From Minisyncoccota bacterium (GTDB lineage: Bacteria; Patescibacteriota; Minisyncoccia; Phycocordibacterales; CAIZLB01): a DNA stretch of 64,000 bases. Shown one piece after another: positions 51,324-60,185 of the stretch (position 1 is its first letter; each line of letters opens with the position of its first letter). Below the pieces are notes generated by a model that worked only from the letters and a program-made list of their open reading frames with translations, had not been told where the DNA came from and searched no databases. The position numbers and the translations under genes are program-made. The stretch is from positions 308,415-372,414 of the forward strand of contig JAIPIA010000001.1 in NCBI GenBank assembly GCA_021734945.1. The letters run 5' to 3'.

Positions 51324-52292
51324 ATGAATACATACGACTTACTTATTATTGGTGGTGGACCAGCGGGTGTTGCAGCAGGTGTTTATGCATCACGAAAACA
51401 ATTAAAAACTCTTTTTGTAACAGAATCTTTTGAAGGACAAAGTGCCGTTTCAGAAGGTATAGAAAACTGGATTGGAACAATCAAGATTAGTGGAGCAGAT
51501 CTCGCAAAGTCTCTTGAAAACCATCTTAAGGCATATGCAGCTGACATTGTAGATATCAAGATTCACTGTCGAGTTACATCTATTTCAAAACACTCTGACT
51601 ATACAGACCTCGCTCCCCTTTTTAGTATTAAAGTTACCGACTCATTCAGTGGAGAAGTTACAGAGTCAGTCGTAAAAAGTATTCTTATTTCAACAGGAAG
51701 TACGCGACGAAAGCTTGAAGCTAAAAATGCAGATATATACGAACACAAAGGACTCACGTATTGTGCAACATGTGATGGACCAGTATTTTCTGGACAGGAT
51801 GTTGCAGTACTTGGTGGTGGAAATGCAGCATTTGAAAGTGCAGCTCAACTTGCAGCATATTGCAAAACTGTGACTATCATTAACAGAAGCGAAACATTTA
51901 GAGCTGATCCTGTAACAGTTGAAAAAGTTTGTGCAAAGGAAAATGTAAAAGTTATAAAGGGTGTAAAAGTCGATGAAATTTTTGGAGAAAAATTTGTAAA
52001 AGGTCTTATTTACTCAAGTTCAAGTATTGAAAATGGAGCACCTCAAACACTCGCAGTTGGCGGTATCTTTGTAGAAATTGGTCTTATTCCGAACACTGCT
52101 TTTGTGAAAGAAGTTGTGGAACTGGACTCATATGGAAAAATTCTCACAGACGCACGGACACAGCGAACAAAAACAGCCGGTATTTGGGCTGCTGGTGACT
52201 GTACAGACGGTTTGTATCATCAAAACAACATTGCAGCAGGTGACGCTGTAAAAGCGCTTGAGGACATCTATATCGCGGTTAGCAAGAGATAG
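51324..52292 (+). CDS. trxB: Thioredoxin reductase/AhpF-like disulfide oxidoreductase
   Basis: IIGGGPAG, CATCDG, GGGNAA, AAGDCT. Confidence 0.85.
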   Translation: MNTYDLLIIGGGPAGVAAGVYASRKQLKTLFVTESFEGQSAVSEGIENWIGTIKISGADLAKSLENHLKAYAADIVDIKIHCRVTSISKHSDYTDLAPLFSIKVTDSFSGEVTESVVKSILISTGSTRRKLEAKNADIYEHKGLTYCATCDGPVFSGQDVAVLGGGNAAFESAAQLAAYCKTVTIINRSETFRADPVTVEKVCAKENVKVIKGVKVDEIFGEKFVKGLIYSSSSIENGAPQTLAVGGIFVEIGLIPNTAFVKEVVELDSYGKILTDARTQRTKTAGIWAAGDCTDGLYHQNNIAAGDAVKALEDIYIAVSKR

Positions 52293-52302
52293 TAAAAGTC
52301 AC

Positions 52303-53679
52303 CTATTCTGCTACATCCAGTTTCCGAGCAATCATTTGAGTAAGTGGCGGCTGGATTACGAGAGTCATCATAATAACCCACATACCGATTGAGATAAGCA
52401 TATTTGCTTCGGCTGTTGATCCTACAGCATTGAGCCCACTGTATGCAGTCTGAACGAGAAGCACAGCCGGAATAACTCCTGTCTCACGGACCCAAGACAT
52501 AAACAAAAGCTCCTTTATACTAAAGGCAATTTTTGGAAATGCTTTCAAGCCCCCAAGAGAAATAAACACTGCAACTGGACGAATTACGAAGATAAAAAGT
52601 AAACCAGCAATTATTCCAAAAAGTGAATGCTCTAGAAGTGTCTGAATATTTACTAATGCTCCGAGTATTATAAATACCGTCGGTTTAGCAATACCCTCTA
52701 CTAATTGATTGAAGAAAGTCTCAGTCTTATTAACTCGTTCATTGAGGACTACAAGTAGACCTGTAATAAAACTCGCGAGATAACCACTTCCTCCAAATAA
52801 TGAAGCAAATGCGTATGACATAATTGGTATAGCAATAAAGAAACCTATATCAGCATGGCATTCTGTCCGAAGCATTCTTTGTCGTACGAAAAATCGAATT
52901 GCATAGAAGCCAATTACTCCAACAATACAGCCAATAACAATCTCCTTTATCAAAAAACCAAGTGAACTTAATGACGCAAGTGCATTAAATCCACTAGAAA
53001 TACTTGTAAATTCTCCCCCACTTCCAAGAAAAGCAATAAAAGCAACAGTCACAAGTGTGCCTGTCACGTCAGTGAGTGCACTCTCAGAAACAACAATATC
53101 TTTAATTCTTTCTTTCTTAAATTTTAATTCTTTTAATACAGGGATAATTGCCGCAGGATCAGTAGATGCAAGTATGGCACCTAAAAGTAATGCAATCGAT
53201 ATACTCATTCCAAAGCCAAATGTACTACTTATAAAAGCCAAACTTCCAGCGAAAAAGAATGTAGACACAGCAAGACCAACAGTCGAAAGAAGTAATGTCG
53301 GCAAAACAATCTTTTTAAAACTAGTAAATGAGATCTCAAGCCCTCCACCAAACAAAATATAGACTGCCGCAATAGTTACAATTAAATTTAATATATGACT
53401 GTTCTCAACCAATGGTTGCAGTAAATCATGCATACTTAGACCAAGAAAAAGAGCAACGAGAAATGATGGGAATATAGTTCCCCTTGATAACGAATAACAA
53501 ATTGTCCCAAGCAAGAATAATCCACCAATAAAAAATAGAGGTTCTATAACCTCTATTTCATGACCAATATGTACCAAAAGGGACGAATACTGTACAAAAA
53601 CAGTATTAAAAATTGCAAAGATAATTACGCTTACCGCCAGAAGATAAAATGAAGAATGATGTCTGAGGTGATGAATCAT
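52303..53679 (-). CDS. Cation:proton antiporter (CPA1/NhaP-like)
   Basis: ILFGGGL, LASTDPAA, ESALTD, GGSGYLA; many TM segments. Confidence 0.88.
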   Translation of the reverse strand: MIHHLRHHSSFYLLAVSVIIFAIFNTVFVQYSSLLVHIGHEIEVIEPLFFIGGLFLLGTICYSLSRGTIFPSFLVALFLGLSMHDLLQPLVENSHILNLIVTIAAVYILFGGGLEISFTSFKKIVLPTLLLSTVGLAVSTFFFAGSLAFISSTFGFGMSISIALLLGAILASTDPAAIIPVLKELKFKKERIKDIVVSESALTDVTGTLVTVAFIAFLGSGGEFTSISSGFNALASLSSLGFLIKEIVIGCIVGVIGFYAIRFFVRQRMLRTECHADIGFFIAIPIMSYAFASLFGGSGYLASFITGLLVVLNERVNKTETFFNQLVEGIAKPTVFIILGALVNIQTLLEHSLFGIIAGLLFIFVIRPVAVFISLGGLKAFPKIAFSIKELLFMSWVRETGVIPAVLLVQTAYSGLNAVGSTAEANMLISIGMWVIMMTLVIQPPLTQMIARKLDVAE

Positions 53680-53810
53680 ACTAAAATGCGCCTAGGCACA
53701 AAAAATTAACAATAAGATTCTACTATAGTACAGACTGTCCTATTTGTGAATAGGAGTTGTTCAAAGATAAAAAATAGGCACAAGTAACCGGCACCTATTT
53801 TATGTACATG

Positions 53811-53883
53811 TGGGCGATACAGGATTCGAACCTGTGACCCTTGTCACGTCAAGACAATGCTCTACCAACTGAGCTAACCGCCC
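53811..53883 (-). tRNA. tRNA-Val (GAC)
   Basis: TTGTC-TTGACGT-GACAA anticodon arm. Confidence 0.93.
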
Positions 53884-53964
53884 CGATTCTATTATTTTTC
53901 ACAGACTTTTTTATTTTTTCTACCGACTTTCCGTATTGTACAAACTTATAAACTAAATACAAGT

Positions 53965-54780
53965 CTATTCGAGTATGGGTTCATTGGCTTTTACGACATC
54001 TCTATACAACTCGTACATATAGACTACAAAGTAAGGAGTAATCACTAATTGATATATGAAATCAAGAAACAAGTTTAGAGATGTTGTATCAGTTACATCT
54101 GAGGCAACACTTCCCATAAATCCCTTAAATGTCGCAAGTGCAATATTTAACAAAAGTCCCAAAAGTGCAGCTACAACAAGACGAAGGAATACCTCAAACC
54201 AAATTCCCCTTACATATCGTTTACTCATTTGTAATGCTGACTTTCCTCTTTTACCTTCAAACACAAGAAAAAATGAAGCAAATACAAACCATATAGAGAA
54301 GACGACGCCAGGAACAACTAAAAGTACAAACCCTATAAGAATCAACAAACCAGTCAGTAACATTATCCAGAAATAAGGAAAAAGTAACTTTGAAGCAACA
54401 CTGTAAGCTCCAAAAAGAGTGACCTCCGTAGATTTTATATCAGTGGCGTCACCTTCGGTCTCATATTTTTCAGAATCTTTTATACTGGACTGATTCAGGA
54501 CAGTAATCTGTGCAATATAATTAAGAGACGAAACAACAACAGAAATAACCACTACACCCAAAATTAGTGCAGCGATCATAATAAAATCATACTTATCTAG
54601 GTACTTTGAGATGTCCTCAAAATCATCAATCATCGAGAAAATGGACAAACCTGTCAAAACAATTATTACAGGTAAGATGTTTAGTTTTAATAATACCTTG
54701 AAATACTTCTTGTAAGTCTCCCAGGCTATATCAAACAAAATAGTAACGTTTTGGAGCCGTAAAGCTTTTTCTTTATTCAT
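53965..54780 (-). CDS. Integral membrane protein (DUF975/GDPD membrane-domain-like)
   Basis: IGFVLLVVPGV, G..AL..S...VRG.WF pattern. Confidence 0.75.
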   Translation of the reverse strand: MNKEKALRLQNVTILFDIAWETYKKYFKVLLKLNILPVIIVLTGLSIFSMIDDFEDISKYLDKYDFIMIAALILGVVVISVVVSSLNYIAQITVLNQSSIKDSEKYETEGDATDIKSTEVTLFGAYSVASKLLFPYFWIMLLTGLLILIGFVLLVVPGVVFSIWFVFASFFLVFEGKRGKSALQMSKRYVRGIWFEVFLRLVVAALLGLLLNIALATFKGFMGSVASDVTDTTSLNLFLDFIYQLVITPYFVVYMYELYRDVVKANEPILE

Positions 54781-54940
54781 CGGACTATTCTATCATATTT
54801 TGACCATTTTTGACCTTTATTATATCAATATTTTGGTCATATTTTGCGTTTTTTTCAAAAAATGTTATATTATTCGCCATCGCTTGGACATACGCACATT
54901 TGTCCAAAATGGGCTTCTAGAGCTCAAAATACGCGATTAT

Positions 54941-55012
54941 GGCCCTATCGTCTATCGGTTAGGACATCGCCTTTTCAAGGCGAGAAGCGGAGTTCGACTC
55001 TCCGTAGGGTCA
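54941..55012 (+). tRNA. tRNA-Glu (TTC)
   Basis: TCGCC-TTTTCAA-GGCGA, CGGAG-TTCGACT-CTCCG; no encoded CCA. Confidence 0.95.
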
Positions 55013-55220
55013 CAGGTCAAAATAAAGACACGTCGTAAGGCGTGTTTTTATTTTGCACCCTCGTGGAACTAAGCAAGCCAACTGCTTGGCTTGCGTCGGA
55101 GAGTCGAAAAGGTTCTCCCATATTTTCGAGAAATGAGCAAAACAATCCAATGGTGCGAATTTTGAGAAAATGGGAAACCTGCACTGGTCCTGTAAGGACC
55201 GACTCTCCGTAGGGTCACCA
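55013..55220 (+). mobile_element. Structured tRNA-trailer element, tRNA-Glu copy
   Basis: 19-bp direct repeat CGACTCTCCGTAGGGTCAC (54995-55013 and 55200-55218) completed to CCA; ACTGGTCCTGTAAGGACCGA motif shared with 4976-4995. Confidence 0.75.
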
Positions 55221-55334
55221 TTGACGGATACTATAATACATGTTAAAAATCTTAACAGATGGCGTTTAGGGTTGCTTTAAGGAAGTAACTTATTATTTCT
55301 TGCAAGCATCTTTAAACCTCAACCACATATTGAC

Positions 55335-55640
55335 ATGATCGTTTCCAAATCAATTCAAATTCAACTTGATACCTCCTCTGGAGAGCCCCTCATCAAAATG
55401 ACCGTAGGTAGCGATACTTACATACAATTAACTGTAAAATCGGGTATTCTTGCGGCAGCAATAGCGGCACAACTCGTCAATCTAGGCGCAAAAGACCCTA
55501 TTCTAGGCGTTGCCTTCGATTATGCCGCTACCGTGGCTCAAAACGCACTTGTCGTCTTCGAACCGCTGACAAAAGCACCCGTAGGGCTTTACCTTCGGGA
55601 AGAAGACTTCGTGAATTTTCACGACGCATTCAACCTCTAA
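55335..55640 (+). CDS. Orphan hypothetical protein
   Basis: 101-aa ORF with 5' hairpin (about 55264-55317) and downstream terminator. Confidence 0.55.
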   Translation: MIVSKSIQIQLDTSSGEPLIKMTVGSDTYIQLTVKSGILAAAIAAQLVNLGAKDPILGVAFDYAATVAQNALVVFEPLTKAPVGLYLREEDFVNFHDAFNL

Positions 55641-55861
55641 TAAATTAGACCACTGGGAAGTCTTCTTAATACAACTTCAACTTAACACCGACCCAGCGGT
55701 GTTTTTTTATATGCTTAAATCCCTACCAGCCTCTGCCACCCCGTAAATTCTTCCACAATATGGTTCCAATTCCCTCTAACTTAGTTCAAATATTTCATAC
55801 CACTCCCAGAAACACACATTAAAATACAAAAGCTATTCAAAAATTTGATACAATTATCTAT

Positions 55862-56293
55862 ATGAAAAAAATAAAAGTTGAAGTGACTGTAAATGCCGAT
55901 ATTAAAAAAGTGTGGGAGCACTGGAACAATACAGAAAGTATTAAAGGTTGGGCATTTGCGAGCGACAGTTGGGAATGTCCGTACGCAGAAAACGATCTAA
56001 AAAAAGGAGGAAGATTTCTAACAAGAATGTCTGCAAAAGACGGCAGTGAGACTTTTGATTTTACTGGTATATACACTGACGTCGTGGAGTATAAAAATAT
56101 AAAATATCTAATGGACAAAGCAGACGGTGAGAATCAACACAGAGAATGTGAGATTATCTTCACTGATTTAGGTGATGGTACTACCAAGATTGAGGAAGAA
56201 TTTTATCCTGAAGAAATTAATAGTGAGGAAATGCAAAAAGGTGGATGGACAAGTATTCTAGAAAACTTCAAGAAATTTGTTTCGAATAATTAA
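55862..56293 (+). CDS. SRPBCC/AHSA1-domain protein
   Basis: KVWEHWN...WAFASDSWECPYAENDL..GG.F...M, QKGGW.SILENFK. Confidence 0.9.
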   Translation: MKKIKVEVTVNADIKKVWEHWNNTESIKGWAFASDSWECPYAENDLKKGGRFLTRMSAKDGSETFDFTGIYTDVVEYKNIKYLMDKADGENQHRECEIIFTDLGDGTTKIEEEFYPEEINSEEMQKGGWTSILENFKKFVSNN

Positions 56294-56379
56294 TCTTTGA
56301 AAAGATTCACATCCTTTTGAATTTCTTGCAAACGTTTTCTATTTTTAAATTCCCTATTACAACGTACCAGGTCTTTTAT

Positions 56380-56745
56380 CTATTCCCTCTCCTGCTCTTC
56401 CAACTTCACAGCGGCTTCTGGAGTAGATACAGATTTGCCCATGAGAAATAAATTAATTATTCCAAGTGCAACAATCCAATACACAGCCATCGCTAGTAAT
56501 GTTGTCCATTCAAATATACTTCCAGCTACGATATGGCTACTCTGAAAAACTGTGAGAAATGGTGTTGCAAACACATATGTAATACCGTACACAAAACTAC
56601 TAAATCCCGCTTCAGGATTTGCTCCTAATAATTTTAAAATAAAACGAAACGCGAGCAATACTTCAATTATTCCGAGAATATAATAAACAATTTGAGTTCC
56701 ACGATAGAGGTGTTTTGTACTTGATGCGTTGTAAGATGAATTCAT
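56380..56745 (-). CDS. YggT-like membrane protein
   Basis: IEVLLAFRFILKLLGANP..GF..FVY.IT..F..PF. Confidence 0.8.
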   Translation of the reverse strand: MNSSYNASSTKHLYRGTQIVYYILGIIEVLLAFRFILKLLGANPEAGFSSFVYGITYVFATPFLTVFQSSHIVAGSIFEWTTLLAMAVYWIVALGIINLFLMGKSVSTPEAAVKLEEQERE

Positions 56746-56995
56746 ATATAAAAAATTTATTTAATAAGTTTAATTGTTCAAATTACTCAATCCAAATTGT
56801 GTGAGATTTAATATTTGAACCTGCTTACTAAAGAAGCCGCTGTATTGGAGAATATATTACTTGTGCGTGTATAAAAAAGAAAAAATGATGGTCATGTTTA
56901 TTAAAAAATATATGAAAGTGAAGCCGCCACAGTCCAGAAAATCTGGGCCGGGCGGCTCTACGTAGTTTCGATGGAGTTTACTAAGACGGCACACA

Positions 56996-57853
56996 TTAAC
57001 CTTCTGGCAAGTTAAACGTCGTGCGCCAATTTGGATCGGCGTGCATATCTTTGAAAGTTGGCAACCTAGATGGGGTAACAACCTTACCTACCAGTGACGG
57101 CGGTACGGCGAATCCATTGAGAGGCACGGCACGGCAGGGCGTTTCGTCCTCTTGTTCCAATTCCATGACAACATCTTCTTGCTTAACACAGACTGACAAA
57201 ATAGTCTGAGGATCTCTCAAGGACATATAGTAAGTAAGATGCTCTTCAGCCAAACCAAAACTCATAGCCTTAATCTTCCCCTTGTCTAAGACCAACTGCC
57301 AAACTATGAAAACCCTTTTGACACTTTCGCCAACCGTCAACTTGTCTGCAAACAGGATTAGCACTTGCTTGTACTTTTTAAAGCGTTCGACAAGGTCATC
57401 TCGAAAAGCCTCTCCGCAATCTTGGTCGTTGACCAGCATAGCGAAAGATGACCAATCAAGTGGAGCGTATATTCCATCGCTCCAGACTCTGTTCATAGCT
57501 TCAAAAGCTTGTCCTACCGTAGTTGGACAACCACCTTCACTTGCGATGGTAAGTGGATTATCCAGCAGACGTGTGTGAAGCGTTGCTTTGGGGTGGATGA
57601 ATTGAAATCCATACTCCCCTTGTTTGATTCCAGCATCGGGGACTTTTATAACCCTTTTGAGTTCACTGAACAGTCGAGGTACAAGGACCGGCATACTGAA
57701 GTCGAGCAAGAAGTTATCAAGCCCTGGACCCGCAGCAGGTTCTCCTATTTCAACGAAATTGCCAGCAGGTTTTTGAGGCTTTGTTTTCCACTTCTCACAT
57801 GCCCATTCCAAAAACTCCGGATGATTTTGCAAAGAACTATCTGCGTTGCTCAT
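56996..57853 (-). CDS. Orphan hypothetical protein
   Basis: 285-aa ORF with AGAAAGGAG before the ATG; higher GC. Confidence 0.65.
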   Translation of the reverse strand: MSNADSSLQNHPEFLEWACEKWKTKPQKPAGNFVEIGEPAAGPGLDNFLLDFSMPVLVPRLFSELKRVIKVPDAGIKQGEYGFQFIHPKATLHTRLLDNPLTIASEGGCPTTVGQAFEAMNRVWSDGIYAPLDWSSFAMLVNDQDCGEAFRDDLVERFKKYKQVLILFADKLTVGESVKRVFIVWQLVLDKGKIKAMSFGLAEEHLTYYMSLRDPQTILSVCVKQEDVVMELEQEDETPCRAVPLNGFAVPPSLVGKVVTPSRLPTFKDMHADPNWRTTFNLPEG

Positions 57854-58069
57854 GACTTAACTCCTTTCTTGGTAAATTGTGAATGAATTCTGTAGAACGC
57901 ATATAAATCATACCCTCATTTTCTTATTTCCGTAAAATTGTGCAGGCTTAAAAAACGTGTTCTAATTTGATTTTCAAGCGTTTTCATAGTAAAGTACTTT
58001 TTTAATAAACGGAGTACTCGGTGGCACTTAACAAAGTGCTCGACAGACTCAGTTACTCAAATTATCCAC

Positions 58070-59539
58070 ATGAAAATCCTCTCTATTGAAACAAGTTGTG
58101 ATGAAACAGCAGTATCCATTATTGAAGCTAGTGGTGATTTAAATTCGCCTCGTTTTACAATTTTAGGTAACGCCCTTTATTCTCAGATAAGCACACATGC
58201 AGAGTACGGCGGAGTCTTCCCTGCTCTGGCAAAACGTGAACATACACTAAACTTGGTTCCGATGCTCAAGCTCGCGACTGAAGAAGCGTTTGAACACGCA
58301 AGTAAAGCCACACAAAATGGTGCAGAAAATAGTACAAACCAAACTACAAACAAAAAAAGTGAGAACGCCCAAGAAACTGCAAACACTGAACTCTCAGCAG
58401 AACTTCGCGCACAGATCTTAGAAATTCTCTCACGTGAAAATGATCTCGGACCAGCACTTTTAGATTTTCTAGACACGCATGAAGTTTTTGGTATTGATGC
58501 AATTGCAGTAACACAAGGACCAGGACTCGAACCGGCACTTTGGGTTGGTATTAGTTTTGCAAAAGCTTTGGCGCTAGCGCTTAATAAGCCGATTATTCCA
58601 GTGAATCACATGGAGGGTCACATAGTATCAGTACTGACAGAGTCTACTGAACTCGACCGAAATGACGATATACACAATAGTAAAACAAATCGAGCCGTTC
58701 AGTTCCCAGCTCTCGCTCTACTCATATCAGGTGGTCACACTGAACTCGTACTCTCAAAGGATTGGCACCAATATGAAGTAATTGGACAAACAGTTGACGA
58801 TGCGGTTGGTGAGGCATTTGATAAAGTGGCTCGACTCATGAATCTACCCTATCCAGGCGGACCAAAGATATCTAGACTCGCAGCCGAGAGTCGTGCTGAG
58901 AATTTAAGAGAGAAATATAAGACTGATACAACCCTTAGCTACGACGCCGGTCTTGGTGAATATCCATGGACACTTCCTCGTCCGATGCTTAAAAGTTCTG
59001 ATTTTAATTTTTCATTTTCAGGATTAAAGACAGCTGTACTTTATGCAGTGAAAGACAAGCTAAAAAATCGAACTGATATTGCTGATATTTCTGCAAATAT
59101 CTCTACCAAAGAATTACACAGTGAACATATTGCCAGCAAAGACACACCTCAATTATCAGAAATAGAAATAAAAACTCTTGCTGAGGAATTCGAAAATGCA
59201 GTCACTGATGTGCTTGTACATAAAACTCGCAAAGCAATTGAAGAAACAAATGCTCAAACACTGATCATTGGAGGTGGAGTTATTGCAAACACACATATTC
59301 GTGAAGCATTCAAAAAAGTAGCTGACCAAACCGGCGTTCAACTTTTTACACCATCAGTTTCTCTTTCAACAGATAACTCTGTGATGATAGGCGTTGCTGG
59401 ATATTTAAGGTGGATTGCTAAAGACAAAGGGATACTGATGCCAGAAAATTTGCGAAAGATAGATGGCACTTTAGATAATGGAGATTTTAGTATGGAAAAA
59501 TTAGCTGAATTTAGAGCAAATGGTAATTTAAGTTTGTAG
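58070..59539 (+). CDS. tsaD: tRNA N6-adenosine threonylcarbamoyltransferase TsaD
   Basis: IETSCDET, GGVFP.LAKREH, GPGL, NHMEGH, SGGHT, DDAVGEAFDK, FSFSGLKT, TDNSVMI. Confidence 0.96.
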   Translation: MKILSIETSCDETAVSIIEASGDLNSPRFTILGNALYSQISTHAEYGGVFPALAKREHTLNLVPMLKLATEEAFEHASKATQNGAENSTNQTTNKKSENAQETANTELSAELRAQILEILSRENDLGPALLDFLDTHEVFGIDAIAVTQGPGLEPALWVGISFAKALALALNKPIIPVNHMEGHIVSVLTESTELDRNDDIHNSKTNRAVQFPALALLISGGHTELVLSKDWHQYEVIGQTVDDAVGEAFDKVARLMNLPYPGGPKISRLAAESRAENLREKYKTDTTLSYDAGLGEYPWTLPRPMLKSSDFNFSFSGLKTAVLYAVKDKLKNRTDIADISANISTKELHSEHIASKDTPQLSEIEIKTLAEEFENAVTDVLVHKTRKAIEETNAQTLIIGGGVIANTHIREAFKKVADQTGVQLFTPSVSLSTDNSVMIGVAGYLRWIAKDKGILMPENLRKIDGTLDNGDFSMEKLAEFRANGNLSL

Positions 59540-59573
59540 TTTTAAATTACTTTAAGAAATAAATTAGATTTAT

Positions 59574-59601
59574 TTGACATTTCTTTTGATATAAATATAA
59601 T
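59574..59601 (+). promoter_or_regulatory. Near-consensus sigma70 promoter with no downstream ORF
   Basis: TTGACA-N16-TATAAT. Confidence 0.65.
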
Positions 59602-59606
59602 ACAGA

Positions 59607-59651
59607 TATTAGTGGCTTCGGCCTCCGAGAAAACCCCGTTAAGGGGTTTTT
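59607..59651 (+). ncRNA. Candidate ~45-nt RNA convergent on the PemK/MazF gene
   Basis: GGC-TTCG-GCC hairpin, then AAAACCCC-GTTAA-GGGGTTTTT terminator whose loop overlaps the toxin stop codon. Confidence 0.5.
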
Positions 59652-60043
59652 GATTTTAAAAATAATTTTATAATTGAAGAATTTATTCTAGAAAAATCTT
59701 CATTATTTAAAGTACAAATTTTTCTCAATAATCTGAGTGAGCTTACACACTTAATTTGAGTAAGTGACACCCAAGCAACAGTTGGATTTTCAATTCTAGT
59801 GTAATGAGGACTATTTGTTTTATCTTTAGTGGTGAGCGGTAATACCCAAAGCATTAAACCATTAAACTTGTTGAGAATTAAAACAGGTCTTTCAAACTTA
59901 CTGTTCTTTCCATTCGATTCAACACCAATATTGGTACCTATTGAACACCACCAAATTTCTCTCTCAGAAAAATAGAAGTCTTGGAGGATTTTCTTATCTA
60001 TCTTCTGCTTCTCTAAATTCCACAGATCAAAATCTTTCTCCAT
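59639..60043 (-). CDS. PemK/MazF-family toxin without protein antitoxin
   Basis: EREIWWCSIGTNIGVESNGK...ERPVLIL....WVLPLTTK...LTQIKCVSSLRLLRKI. Confidence 0.85.
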   Translation of the reverse strand: MEKDFDLWNLEKQKIDKKILQDFYFSEREIWWCSIGTNIGVESNGKNSKFERPVLILNKFNGLMLWVLPLTTKDKTNSPHYTRIENPTVAWVSLTQIKCVSSLRLLRKICTLNNEDFSRINSSIIKLFLKSKTP

Positions 60044-60185
60044 TAGCGAACATTATCAGAAAATACATAAAATACACTTAAATAAATCTTAAAAATTACC
60101 TAAAATAAAGGCATAAACTACCTCTTCTATAGACCTCAAACAACCCTTATCCAAAGCCCCATTTTCTGCTACACTAGCAGGTATT

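Noticed and set aside
54800..55072. ORFs spanning tRNA-Glu
   Set aside because: They overlap a clear tRNA gene and its upstream region.
58062..58070. Perfect DnaA box TTATCCACA before tsaD
   Set aside because: Single copy with no cluster; could be chance.
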